50,563 bases of DNA, taken from positions 1-50,563 of the forward strand of contig JAQVWQ010000001.1 of assembly GCA_028709615.1 (NCBI GenBank), read 5' to 3'. Below the pieces are notes generated by a model, which ran no database searches, was not told the DNA's origin, and was given only the letters and a program-made list of their open reading frames with translations. Source of the stretch: Clostridia bacterium (GTDB lineage Bacteria > Bacillota > Dehalobacteriia > UBA4068). The position numbers and the translations under genes were made by a program. This document shows positions 9,459 to 18,397 of this stretch, one piece after another; position 1 is the first letter of the stretch, and each line of letters begins with the position of its first letter.

Positions 9459-9860
9459 ATGAATAAACCAAAGGTAGCGTTTATCTGTGTCCACAACTCC
9501 TGCCGCAGCCAGATTGCCGAAGCGATGGGAAAGCATCTTGCTGCTGATGTTTTTGAAAGCTATTCCGCGGGAACAGAACTGAAAGGCCGCATTAACCCTG
9601 ACGCGGTCCGTCTGATGAAGCAGCTTTATGGTATTGATATGGAGCAAAGCCAGCGCCCGAAGCTACTCGCGGAAATACCGCCCGTGGATGTGGTCATGAC
9701 AATGGGCTGCAATGTGCAGTGCCCGTATCTGCCCTGCAAACGCCGGGAGGACTGGGGCCTCGACGATCCGACTGGGAAGCCCGATAAAGAATTTATTTCC
9801 GTAATCAAAATGATTGAAGCAAAAATTATAGCTTTAAAATCGGAACTTACTAACTGGTAA
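9459..9860 (+). CDS. arsC: Arsenate reductase, thioredoxin-coupled LMW-PTP family (ArsC)
   Basis: 133 aa with the CX5R loop CVHNSCRS and downstream Cys residues in TMGCNVQCPYLPC, matching the Bacillus/Staphylococcus ArsC pattern. Confidence 0.85.
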   Translation: MNKPKVAFICVHNSCRSQIAEAMGKHLAADVFESYSAGTELKGRINPDAVRLMKQLYGIDMEQSQRPKLLAEIPPVDVVMTMGCNVQCPYLPCKRREDWGLDDPTGKPDKEFISVIKMIEAKIIALKSELTNW

Positions 9861-9976
9861 GGTTCATCGGCTGAACCGGCGGCCGAAAAAAGGCAAAACA
9901 TATCATAGCAAAAATTCACCTAAAGCCGCTTCCGTACAAAGTTTATAATATAAAAAGTTTGCTCGGCTAGATAAAT

Positions 9977-10615
9977 TTATTTTATTTTATTTAATAAATA
10001 ATCGCGCAACTCATCAACATCAGCAGCAATAAAATCCGCACCGCTGTCTTGTAACTGCTCGCGGGAGCCCGCCCCCCACAGTACACCGCAGGCCAGACAA
10101 CCGGCGCTTTTTGCGCAAAGAATATCAAAAGGGCTGTCCCCGACAAAAATACTGTTTTCGGCGTGCGCCCCAAGTTTTTTTAAAGCATACAAGGCCGGAT
10201 CGGGCGACGGCTTATGCCCGCAATCATCATTGACGGTAACCGTCAACTCAAAAAAGGATCGCAAGCCGGCCATCTCTATTGAGGCATCAGCCGACCGCCG
10301 CGATTTGGAAGTAACAATAGCCAGCTGCTGACCGTTATCCTTTAATTCTCTCAGCAGGTCTTTTATGCCGTCAAAAACCTCTATACCCTCAGCAAGCAGC
10401 TCATAAAAATATTTTTGATAGGTATCAAAATATTTCTGACCCTGCCCTTTTCCTAAAAAGAGTTCTCCCGTAGTCAGCAAAGGCAGGCCGATCTGGTCAA
10501 TTATTTTCCTCTCATCAACCGAAATATTTAATTCCTCACAAACCCTTAAGCTTGTTTTTACTATTACGGGCAGCGAGTCAATCAGTGTCCCGTCCAAATC
10601 AAACAGTATCGCCAT
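9977..10615 (-). CDS. HAD-superfamily hydrolase (phosphoglycolate phosphatase/PpaX-like)
   Basis: Motif I FDLDGTLIDS at the N-terminus, motif II VTSK and motif IV GDSPFD. Length is 212 aa. Confidence 0.8.
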   Translation of the reverse strand: MAILFDLDGTLIDSLPVIVKTSLRVCEELNISVDERKIIDQIGLPLLTTGELFLGKGQGQKYFDTYQKYFYELLAEGIEVFDGIKDLLRELKDNGQQLAIVTSKSRRSADASIEMAGLRSFFELTVTVNDDCGHKPSPDPALYALKKLGAHAENSIFVGDSPFDILCAKSAGCLACGVLWGAGSREQLQDSGADFIAADVDELRDYLLNKIK

Positions 10616-10618
10616 TTT

Positions 10619-11773
10619 CTACTCCTTTTCACGCAAATATGCACAAATCGCTTCTTGATAGACCAGCTTAACAGCAACATTGCAACGCGTAGCCGCTTCC
10701 GCGCAATCCTCGTATTCGGGGGCAATATTTTCTCCCGCCACTTTAATATCAATTTCACCATATTTGGTTTTAACCCGTACCAATCGCCGTTCCCGCACTA
10801 AACGCCGTTCTCTGTGGATCCGCACACCCAAGGAGCTCGTTTCGGCGAACAGTAGCTGTGCCAGTTTTTCGCCGTCACCCACTTTAGCCAGCAAGGTAAC
10901 AGCTGTCGCGGGACGGCCTTTTTTCATATAAATAGGTGCCATCTGCAAATCCAAGGCGCCTAAAGCAAAGGCCTTTTGCCACAGCCCGCCCAAAAACTCG
11001 GGAGAACAATCATCTAAGGCCGTAGAAATAACCTCAACCTCGCAGCCGCCTGATGCTGTTTCCGCCAAAAAAACTCTCAAGACATTGGCTATCGGCAAAT
11101 CGCGATCTCCGGCACCTAAGCCGCAGCGGCCCATAATCAGCTCAGGCGGATTAAAACCGTCCTCTGCCAGCAGGCAGCGTAAAATCGCCGCGCCCGTCGG
11201 AGTAATCAGCTCACAGCAAAAATCCGTGGGCCGCATTTTCATGCCTTGCAGCAAATGAACAACGGCAGGTGCCGGCAAAGCCAGCTCACCGTGAGCCGAC
11301 ATCACTGTGCCGCTAAACATAGGCAGGGCAGAGCAATAAACGCGCTCTATTCCCAACAAATCCAAAGCAATCGCCGCACCCGCAATGTCTAAAATAGAAT
11401 CTAAGGCGCCCACTTCATGAAAACAAACTTCTCCGACAGCGCAACCATGAGCCTTAGCTTCGGCCTCAGCCAAAACGCCAAAAACCCGCACTGCCAAAGC
11501 TGTTGCGGCAGGCGACAGCTTACCGGCAAGCAAAATATGTTTAATATCATTAAAACTTCGATGCTGATGCTCCTGAGGGCATAAAAAATGCAGTGAAGTT
11601 GCTCGTAAACCGTTTTTTAATACTGTTTCCGCCGACATTTGCCATTCCGGCAGCGGCAGGCTTTTTAAATCCTCCGCAATTTTTTTCTGATCCGCCCCGC
11701 AATCAATCAAGGCAGCTAAGATCATATCTCCGGCCAAGCCGGTAGGACAATCAAAATAAGCGGTCTTACTCAT
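10619..11773 (-). CDS. larC: LarC, nickel-pincer cofactor nickel-insertion protein (DUF111)
   Basis: The N-terminus YFDCPTGLAGDMILAALIDCGAD is characteristic of LarC. The ATG at 11773 follows AAGGAG and overlaps the larE stop by 8 nt (ATGAGTAA). The ORF track start at 11800 is less likely. Confidence 0.85.
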   Translation of the reverse strand: MSKTAYFDCPTGLAGDMILAALIDCGADQKKIAEDLKSLPLPEWQMSAETVLKNGLRATSLHFLCPQEHQHRSFNDIKHILLAGKLSPAATALAVRVFGVLAEAEAKAHGCAVGEVCFHEVGALDSILDIAGAAIALDLLGIERVYCSALPMFSGTVMSAHGELALPAPAVVHLLQGMKMRPTDFCCELITPTGAAILRCLLAEDGFNPPELIMGRCGLGAGDRDLPIANVLRVFLAETASGGCEVEVISTALDDCSPEFLGGLWQKAFALGALDLQMAPIYMKKGRPATAVTLLAKVGDGEKLAQLLFAETSSLGVRIHRERRLVRERRLVRVKTKYGEIDIKVAGENIAPEYEDCAEAATRCNVAVKLVYQEAICAYLREKE

Positions 11774-12599
11774 TAATCTTCTCCTTCTTGTCAAAATCAC
11801 CGCTGGTAAGCCCTGCTATATCAAGCGTTACAAAATCAAAACCCAATTTATACAAACCAGCTGTATCGGCCGCTAAAAACGCTGCCTGATTGTTTTTTTC
11901 CAGCTGAACTCTTGCCAGATTGTTATGTACCCGCAAACGGCAGGGGTTGAATCCGGCTTGATGTAAAATTAATTCGCCTTGCCGAACTTGCTCCAAGTTT
12001 TCTTCCGTCAATAAACAATTATAAGGAAAACGCGTTGCCAGGCAGGGGGAAGAGGGCTTATCCCAAACCGACAACCCGCAAAACCGTGCCAGGGAGCGGA
12101 TTTCTTTTTTATTTAATCCGGCATCTGCCAAAGGACTGACGATGTTTAGCTCTGCCAGAGCTTGAGCTCCCGGCCGATACTCTTTAGCATCGTCGGCATT
12201 AGAGCCGTCACAGCACATGGCGTTTACCGCCATTTTTTTTAATGCCGTCAACATCAGCTTTTTACAAAAATAACAACGAGAGGGTAAGTTATTGCGCACC
12301 TCATTCAACTCTAAAGGATTAAGAACACAAACCTTTAATTTACAGCCTATTTGCATGGCTAAAGCTTCGGCCTCGGCTTTCTCCTCCGCCGGGGCCAGCG
12401 GAGTTGCAAAATAAACCGCCTGAAATTTATCATGAAGAATATTATGAGCAAAAAAAGCTAACAAAGCGCTGTCCGCTCCGCCGGAAAAAGCCAGAAAAAG
12501 CTTGTCGCAAGAGCTTAGGCCTGCGACAAGCTTTGCCGTTTTTGTTTTTAAATGCCTGTCATCGGCAGATGCGGAAGGCAATTGGTCAAGCAACAACAT
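11766..12599 (-). CDS. larE: LarE, ATP-dependent sacrificial sulfur transferase (PP-loop ATPase)
   Basis: PP-loop FSGGADS, RCYFCK, DGSNADD..YRPG and the catalytic-Cys context SSPCLATR. Length is 277 aa. Confidence 0.85.
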   Translation of the reverse strand: MLLLDQLPSASADDRHLKTKTAKLVAGLSSCDKLFLAFSGGADSALLAFFAHNILHDKFQAVYFATPLAPAEEKAEAEALAMQIGCKLKVCVLNPLELNEVRNNLPSRCYFCKKLMLTALKKMAVNAMCCDGSNADDAKEYRPGAQALAELNIVSPLADAGLNKKEIRSLARFCGLSVWDKPSSPCLATRFPYNCLLTEENLEQVRQGELILHQAGFNPCRLRVHNNLARVQLEKNNQAAFLAADTAGLYKLGFDFVTLDIAGLTSGDFDKKEKINE

Positions 12600-13545
12600 T
12601 TATTTTTTCAACCGCCTTTAAAGGAGTACTGATATCCGTACCGGCGGGCAAATACTCCTTAATTTGTCCCTCGATTAATATCTGTACAGCATCTATTCCC
12701 TCAATCGAGGTTAAAGAATAAAGCAGCGATTTAACCAAAACATTTTCCTCGGCGGAGCTGCCGCTATAATCAAGCAAATCAGCCGAAAAGTCCAAGGTAA
12801 CTATACCGTTTGAGACCTGCAAAGCCAACAGCTTGGTTTTTTTGTTAATAGAGCTGTAAAGATTACTGTCGGATTTTGGGCCCTTTAAAATAGCCTTTAC
12901 TGTTTGCTCGGCCTTATATTCCGCATCATCTTTATTTACAGGCGCCGACTGCGGCACCATATACTGCGCCTGCTGATCGCCAAAATAATAGACAATATAG
13001 GGTTGATCCTCACCGATAGGCGAAACCGGATTAATAGGGCCTTCCTTTATCGGTTCAGAAAGCTTAACCGAGCCCACATCCTGATAGGGTTTGCCGTTTA
13101 AGAGCAATTGCATCTGACTGTTTTCCAGTAGCGGCAAAACAGTTGCCGCCAAAGCAGCCGAAGCCAAGCGGGCATATTCTTCATTTATTTGGCTAAACTC
13201 TTTTGTTAAATCAACAAAAACAATCTCGCCCTGAGCATAAACATCCTTTAGCTTAGTATCGGCAGAGAGAGGGCTTTTAACAAAATCGTTAGGCGCCCCC
13301 GCCAAAAGCTTTTCCAAAGCCACCTTTGCCGCCTCCCGCGTAGCATTAACAGAAAAAGTAAGCGGCACGAGATATTTTTCGTCAAGCGTCGCATAATAAA
13401 CAGTAACGGCGGTCGTTTCTTTTTCCAGCAAAAGCAGTTCCCGCTCTCCTCCTATTGCAGTCTGAGTATTATCTTTAGAAGAGCACGAGGTCAATACCAA
13501 TATACTAAAAACCATAACTATTAAAAGTGTTAATTTCTTAAACAA
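12586..13545 (-). CDS. gerM: GerM-like sporulation/germination lipoprotein (two GerMN domains)
   Basis: Signal peptide with a lipobox (VLTSC), then two repeats with GerMN-like features (..TVYY.., ..LLKGP.., ..VTLDFS..). The stop overlaps the larE start by 14 nt. Confidence 0.65.
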   Translation of the reverse strand: MFKKLTLLIVMVFSILVLTSCSSKDNTQTAIGGERELLLLEKETTAVTVYYATLDEKYLVPLTFSVNATREAAKVALEKLLAGAPNDFVKSPLSADTKLKDVYAQGEIVFVDLTKEFSQINEEYARLASAALAATVLPLLENSQMQLLLNGKPYQDVGSVKLSEPIKEGPINPVSPIGEDQPYIVYYFGDQQAQYMVPQSAPVNKDDAEYKAEQTVKAILKGPKSDSNLYSSINKKTKLLALQVSNGIVTLDFSADLLDYSGSSAEENVLVKSLLYSLTSIEGIDAVQILIEGQIKEYLPAGTDISTPLKAVEKINVVA

Positions 13546-13733
13546 TATTAACCCTCCTAAATCCTTCTTGCTTTTGACAAAGAAACAAAAAACAATTAAA
13601 AATCACTTATACTAAATAAAGCTATATAAACTTCTACTCGGCAAAGCAAAAACCCTTTTTTGCCATTATTTGGAAGGAAGCCGACAAAAAACAGCGAACT
13701 CAAATTATATTACTATTATCAGGAGGCTGACAT

Positions 13734-15113
13734 ATGCGCGGTTATCGCCCCACTAAAGAACATTTAATCAAATATTTAGACAATCACTATAATAAGCTTG
13801 AAGATGCAGTTTGCCACCTATTATCCCTGCCCTCTGTCTTAGACGAAACTACCGCTAGTAAAGATGCTCCCTTTGGTTACGATTTAGCCGTTACCCTAGA
13901 GCATTTTTTAGCCGAAGCTCAAGGCTTGGGCTTTCGGGCCCGTAACCTTGAAGGCTATCTTGGCTTTATCGATTTTGGGCCCGAAAGTGCCCAAACCGTC
14001 GGCATCCTCGGGCATTTAGATGTCGTTCCTGTTGGCGAAGGCTGGACAAAAAAACCCTTTGGCGGTCAGATATTTAATGACAAAATTTACGGCCGAGGTG
14101 CGGTAGATGATAAAGCTCCGCTTGTAGCCTGCCTTTACGCGATGTCGGCAATCAAGGAGCTTGGCATGCCTATTAAGAAAAAAATCCGCTTAATCGCCGG
14201 CTGTGATGAAGAAACCGATTTCCGCTGCATCAACTATTATAAAAAACAAGGCTTGTCTATTCCCGATTACGGCTTTTCACCCGATGCCGAATTTCCTTTA
14301 ATTTTTGCCGAAAAACAAATCATACATTGCACCTTGGAAGCTGACCTGCCCGACTATGGGCTGGAGATCTCCTGCGGCAATGCCGTTAATATGGTACCGG
14401 GTTCGGCGACGGTAAAATTTATCAGCCCTTATTGGCTGCGCAAAACCAAAGCCGTACGCTTAAAACTCGACAAAAACAACAGTTGTCTTATCAATGGGCG
14501 CACCGCCCATGCTTCCACCCCGTCCGAAGGTAAAAACGCCGCCAAATCCCTGCTGGCCTTTTTAGCGCAAAATGCAGATAGTGAGCAATTTAAAAATATT
14601 TGCCGTACATTGCTGCAGTTTGCCCCCGATAACGAATTTCAGCCTGCTCTTAATGCGCTGGGTCTGGGCTTAGAGGATGAAACGGGCATTTTAACCTGCT
14701 GCCTGACAATGCTTTCCCTAAAAAACAATCATCTTTCGCTTTCCTTGGATGTCCGCTTCCCCATCAGCGGAGTAAGTAAAAGTGTCAAAGCACAAATCGA
14801 AGCTATCGGGGCTCGGGCAGGCTTGCAGATGACCTCCTACAAATACAAGGACGGCTTGCTTATTGAAAAAGACAGCGAGCTGATTAAAAAGCTGCTCTCG
14901 GCATACAGCGAGATCAGCGGCGAAAAAAACCCCGCACCGATCGCCATCGGCGGCGGCACCTATGCCCGAGCTTTAGAAAACTTTTGCGCCTTCGGACCGG
15001 CCTTTCCGGGCGGCGGCTACCCGGCTCACCAGCCTGATGAATTCATCAGCCGCGCCGACTTGCTGCTTTTAAGCAAAATTTATGCCTTGGCAATTTGCAA
15101 CCTGGCACAATAA
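13734..15113 (+). CDS. pepV: M20-family dipeptidase (PepV/Sapep-like)
   Basis: 459 aa with HLDVVPVGEGW...GRGAVDDKAP metal-ligand motifs typical of M20A dipeptidases. Confidence 0.8.
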   Translation: MRGYRPTKEHLIKYLDNHYNKLEDAVCHLLSLPSVLDETTASKDAPFGYDLAVTLEHFLAEAQGLGFRARNLEGYLGFIDFGPESAQTVGILGHLDVVPVGEGWTKKPFGGQIFNDKIYGRGAVDDKAPLVACLYAMSAIKELGMPIKKKIRLIAGCDEETDFRCINYYKKQGLSIPDYGFSPDAEFPLIFAEKQIIHCTLEADLPDYGLEISCGNAVNMVPGSATVKFISPYWLRKTKAVRLKLDKNNSCLINGRTAHASTPSEGKNAAKSLLAFLAQNADSEQFKNICRTLLQFAPDNEFQPALNALGLGLEDETGILTCCLTMLSLKNNHLSLSLDVRFPISGVSKSVKAQIEAIGARAGLQMTSYKYKDGLLIEKDSELIKKLLSAYSEISGEKNPAPIAIGGGTYARALENFCAFGPAFPGGGYPAHQPDEFISRADLLLLSKIYALAICNLAQ

Positions 15114-15136
15114 AATTAATTTATCTATAATAAACA

Positions 15137-15176
15137 CAAAAAACCCTTGCATAAAAATTATGCAAGGGTTTTTTTA
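15137..15176. terminator. Bidirectional rho-independent terminator between the convergent pepV and anti-sigma genes
   Basis: 11-bp perfect stem acccttgcata/tatgcaagggt, flanked by an A-tract upstream and a T-tract downstream. Confidence 0.8.
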
Positions 15177-15200
15177 TTAACAATGCTGCAATTCTGTTTC

Positions 15201-16361
15201 TTACGGCAAAATAATCGAATACAAAGCATAATAATCATCGGCGGCTTTTTTAGCCGTAAAGAATAATATTTTACTATCGTCACTCCAGCTAATCGAAGCC
15301 ACTTCGCCTTCAAACAAGCCAACTGCCAGCTTCTCAGCGGGAAAAGCCACATACAGATTTTCAGATTCATCGGTAAAAACAACCTTACCGCTATCGCAAG
15401 CCCAGCTGATCAGTTTACCACCGCCGGCCGTATAAAGCTTTTCGGGCTTATCGACAGAAGATCTGTCTGAAAGCCAGAAGCCCTTATTATCCCCGCCGAA
15501 ACTGCCGGCTAACAATGTTTTATCAGGAGAGAAAGCAACATTACCACCAAAACATTCATTGTATTCCGTCGTATCCGAGCTTGTTTCCGGTAAGTCGGCC
15601 TGTGCGGATAACAACTGAGGTTCTTCTCCGGAATTAGCATCATACTGCCATAACTGATATTCTCCGGAATAATTTGTATAATACTGCACCGATCCGTCTG
15701 CCTGAGCCTCAGGAGCCAAAACATCAACTTCTTCCGATACGGCTAAACGATTAACAATAAAAGCCGTATTATTGTACGAACCGTAAGCAACCTTAGGCAG
15801 TTCAACCTGACCGTACTGCTCTTCCTGGGCGGCGGCAATCGGTGCTTGCCCGATTTTTTGTTCAGGTTGTTTTGGTTTTTTGTTTTCAGGCTCAATTACA
15901 GGTGTTTCACCGGATTGCAGCGGATTATCAGACGGATCTTCCGCCGGATTTTCCGGCTGTTGTTCCACTACAGAAGGCGGATTATCGGCTACGGGAACTT
16001 TAGGAACATCTGTTTGCCCGTTATACCACATAGCACCGCCGACAACCAAAGCCAAGGCTGCCGCTATGGAAGCCATTCGCCAGAGCAAATTCTGTTTTTT
16101 AGGAGCAGATGAAAATTCGACAATCTCCGCGGGTTTTTCTGCCTGAGCAAGCTTTGCCATCACACCCGAAACAAAGTCATCCGGAGGAGAAACCATTTTT
16201 AAATGCTGGGAAAGCAAAGCGTCAAGCTCTTTAGCTTCCCGCAAATATAAAGCGCATTGCGGACAGGAAGCGATATGCTCTCTTAATTCGGCTTGCTCAT
16301 CATCTGAAAGCAAACCGTCAATCAGTCTGTTTATTAAGTTTTTTGATTTTTCGCAGCTCAC
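15201..16361 (-). CDS. Anti-sigma factor (zf-HC2 N-terminus, single TM, extracytoplasmic beta-propeller-like domain)
   Basis: The N-terminus has the H-x3-C-x2-C motif (HIASCPQC). A TM helix (IAAALALVVGGAMW) and a Pro/Glu-rich linker follow. The C-terminal region has TolB/WD40-like repeats (AFSPDKT.., ISWSDDSK..). There is a 4-nt overlap with the upstream sigma gene. Confidence 0.75.
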   Translation of the reverse strand: MSCEKSKNLINRLIDGLLSDDEQAELREHIASCPQCALYLREAKELDALLSQHLKMVSPPDDFVSGVMAKLAQAEKPAEIVEFSSAPKKQNLLWRMASIAAALALVVGGAMWYNGQTDVPKVPVADNPPSVVEQQPENPAEDPSDNPLQSGETPVIEPENKKPKQPEQKIGQAPIAAAQEEQYGQVELPKVAYGSYNNTAFIVNRLAVSEEVDVLAPEAQADGSVQYYTNYSGEYQLWQYDANSGEEPQLLSAQADLPETSSDTTEYNECFGGNVAFSPDKTLLAGSFGGDNKGFWLSDRSSVDKPEKLYTAGGGKLISWACDSGKVVFTDESENLYVAFPAEKLAVGLFEGEVASISWSDDSKILFFTAKKAADDYYALYSIILP

Positions 16362-16933
16362 CGCTTCGCCTCCTTTCCTAAAATCGGCGCTAATTTTTTT
16401 TGCAGCATTTGTCTGCCGCGATATAATCTTGTTTCTATTGTTGATTCGGGTAAATCCAAGGCTTGAGCAATTTCACGATAGGAATAACCCTGTAAATATT
16501 TTAAAATCAAGGGGTCACGAAACTGCTCCGGCAGTTCCAAAAGCGCCTTGCGAAGAATATCCTTAGCTTCATCTTGTAAAATTGCCGTTTCCGGTGTGTT
16601 TTCCGCAGCCAATGTATCAGAAAAGGCCTCAATATCATCAACCGAGGTTGAAATTTTGCCCTTTTTATTCAAAAAATTGATACAGGTATTTTGAGCGATC
16701 CGATAAAACCAGGGAAAAAACCGACGCTGGCAATCAAAGCGAGATAACTCGCTATATACTTTAATAAACGCTTCCTGTGCCATATCCCGAGCCTCGTCAT
16801 AATCTCCGCCCAAACGATAAGCCAAGCTAAATGCTTGTTTTTGGTAGCGTTCCACTATTAAATTAAACGCCTCCTTCTTGCCCTCCAAACAAAGGGCAAC
16901 AAGTTGCTCATCAGTAAGATGTTGCATCAGCAA
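16358..16933 (-). CDS. ECF-type RNA polymerase sigma-70 family factor
   Basis: 191 aa with recognisable regions 2 (..FPWFYRIAQN..) and 4 (..YSYREIAQALDLPESTIETRLYRGR..). Confidence 0.88.
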   Translation of the reverse strand: MLMQHLTDEQLVALCLEGKKEAFNLIVERYQKQAFSLAYRLGGDYDEARDMAQEAFIKVYSELSRFDCQRRFFPWFYRIAQNTCINFLNKKGKISTSVDDIEAFSDTLAAENTPETAILQDEAKDILRKALLELPEQFRDPLILKYLQGYSYREIAQALDLPESTIETRLYRGRQMLQKKLAPILGKEAKR

Positions 16934-17208
16934 CCTCCACTATTCGTAATAAATACCAATATTCTTAAAAAAATCTTGCACATTTTTTTTATTTTTTTTA
17001 CAAAAAAAGTACACAATTATAATTATCTTTTCGGCAACAGTATAACATAAAACGACCAAAGATAAAAGTATTCTTCTTTTTTAACCTTAATAATGTCGCT
17101 TAATATCGGCTTTTTATAATATTTGTCGCAAATAAGGCCTGTACAAAGGCAGGATTGACAGCAAAGAACAAGAATTCCTTTTTTATCGCTAAAAAAGGAA
17201 GTGATTAT

Positions 17209-17676
17209 ATGCATCAACATTTTTACAGTCGCCGCGAACTGCATCATCACTTGGCATCAGCAGCTGCCCAAAGCAATTATTATGCTCCTTTAACCCTGCT
17301 TATTTTGCAAATCGATAATTTCGCCGACTTTTGTCGGCTCCTTTCCCCAATAGCGCAAGACCGGCTGTTGGACGAAACAGAAAAAGTCATCGGCCGCCTT
17401 GCTCCTAATCAGGCCTTTTGTGCCCGTTGGAGCGGACGAAAATTCGCCTTGTTGATTAACGATTACACAGCAGAGCAGGCCGGCAATATCGCTGCTGATA
17501 TTGCCAAAGAGCTTTTAATAAGCCGTTTCGATGGTTATTTGGGTACGCTGGCTATCAAGCCCAAAATTTCCTGCGGCACGGCTACTTATCCGCAGACTCC
17601 GCTTTTTGAGCTTGGTCCGCAAGCGGAAAGCAATATCGGTAAAAGCGTTCACACTTGGCGGCAAATTGCTCTTTAA
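17209..17676 (+). CDS. Stand-alone degenerate GGDEF-domain protein (active site SGRKF)
   Basis: About 155 aa that aligns by eye to the GGDEF fold. LQIDNFADF replaces DIDxFKxxND, and ARWSGRKFALLI replaces RxGGDEFxxLL. The ATG at 17209 follows AAGGAAG. The ORF track start at 17155 is less likely. Confidence 0.6.
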   Translation: MHQHFYSRRELHHHLASAAAQSNYYAPLTLLILQIDNFADFCRLLSPIAQDRLLDETEKVIGRLAPNQAFCARWSGRKFALLINDYTAEQAGNIAADIAKELLISRFDGYLGTLAIKPKISCGTATYPQTPLFELGPQAESNIGKSVHTWRQIAL

Positions 17677-18394
17677 AAAACGGATCCGTAAAGGATGAAA
17701 AAAATTCCAACTGTCCGCTGCCGCCGCCTAACAAATTTCTTTCAGCTAACAGATCCCGCAAGCGGCGCGCCGCACCCTCATTACCGTCAAATAAAGGCAA
17801 AGAGGGATAAAGTCTTTGCAGTATCGGCCGCAAAAAAACATAATGGGTACAACCTAAAATCAGTCCGGCTGCTTCTTTGGCTAATGGATCCAATAAATTT
17901 TTTAAATACCGTTCCACTTTAGGCGAATACAGATCCTCCTCAATCAATTCCACCAAACCCGAACCGGATAATATAATAACCTGGCGGTTTTCGGCATAAC
18001 GGTTTAATAAATTATGCAGTTTATCGGCCTGAACAGTTAAAGCCGTACCTAAAATCAACAGTTTACCTTCTTGTTTTAAGGCAGGCTTCAACGCGGGCTC
18101 TAAACCGACTATCGGCAAACTGTACAAAGCCCGCAAATCGGCAACTGCCGCAGCTGTTGCCGTATTACAAGCAATTACAAGAGCTTTGGGCTTATATCCC
18201 AATAAAAAATCAGCCGCTTTTTTTGTTAATTCACAAACGATTGGCAGCTCTTTATCTCCATAAGGGGCGTTAGCCGCATCAGCATAATAAATAAAATTTT
18301 CAGAAGGCAGCAATTTTTGAGCTTCGGCCAAGGTAGAAATTCCACCCACTCCCGAATCTAAAAATACTATCTCATTTTCCTGCAAAATTCTCAC
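17582..18394 (-). CDS. murI: Glutamate racemase MurI
   Basis: DSGVGG, ACNTAT and GCTHY catalytic motifs. Length is 270 aa. Confidence 0.92.
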   Translation of the reverse strand: MRILQENEIVFLDSGVGGISTLAEAQKLLPSENFIYYADAANAPYGDKELPIVCELTKKAADFLLGYKPKALVIACNTATAAAVADLRALYSLPIVGLEPALKPALKQEGKLLILGTALTVQADKLHNLLNRYAENRQVIILSGSGLVELIEEDLYSPKVERYLKNLLDPLAKEAAGLILGCTHYVFLRPILQRLYPSLPLFDGNEGAARRLRDLLAERNLLGGGSGQLEFFSSFTDPFFKEQFAAKCERFYRYCFPLADQAQKAESADK

Positions 18395-18397
18395 CTC

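Noticed and set aside
17023-17250. 75-aa Cys-rich minus-strand ORF upstream of the GGDEF-like gene
   Set aside because: It has no RBS and overlaps the predicted start and promoter region of the plus-strand gene. Its composition is AT-driven (Lys/Ile/Phe-rich), so it is likely spurious.
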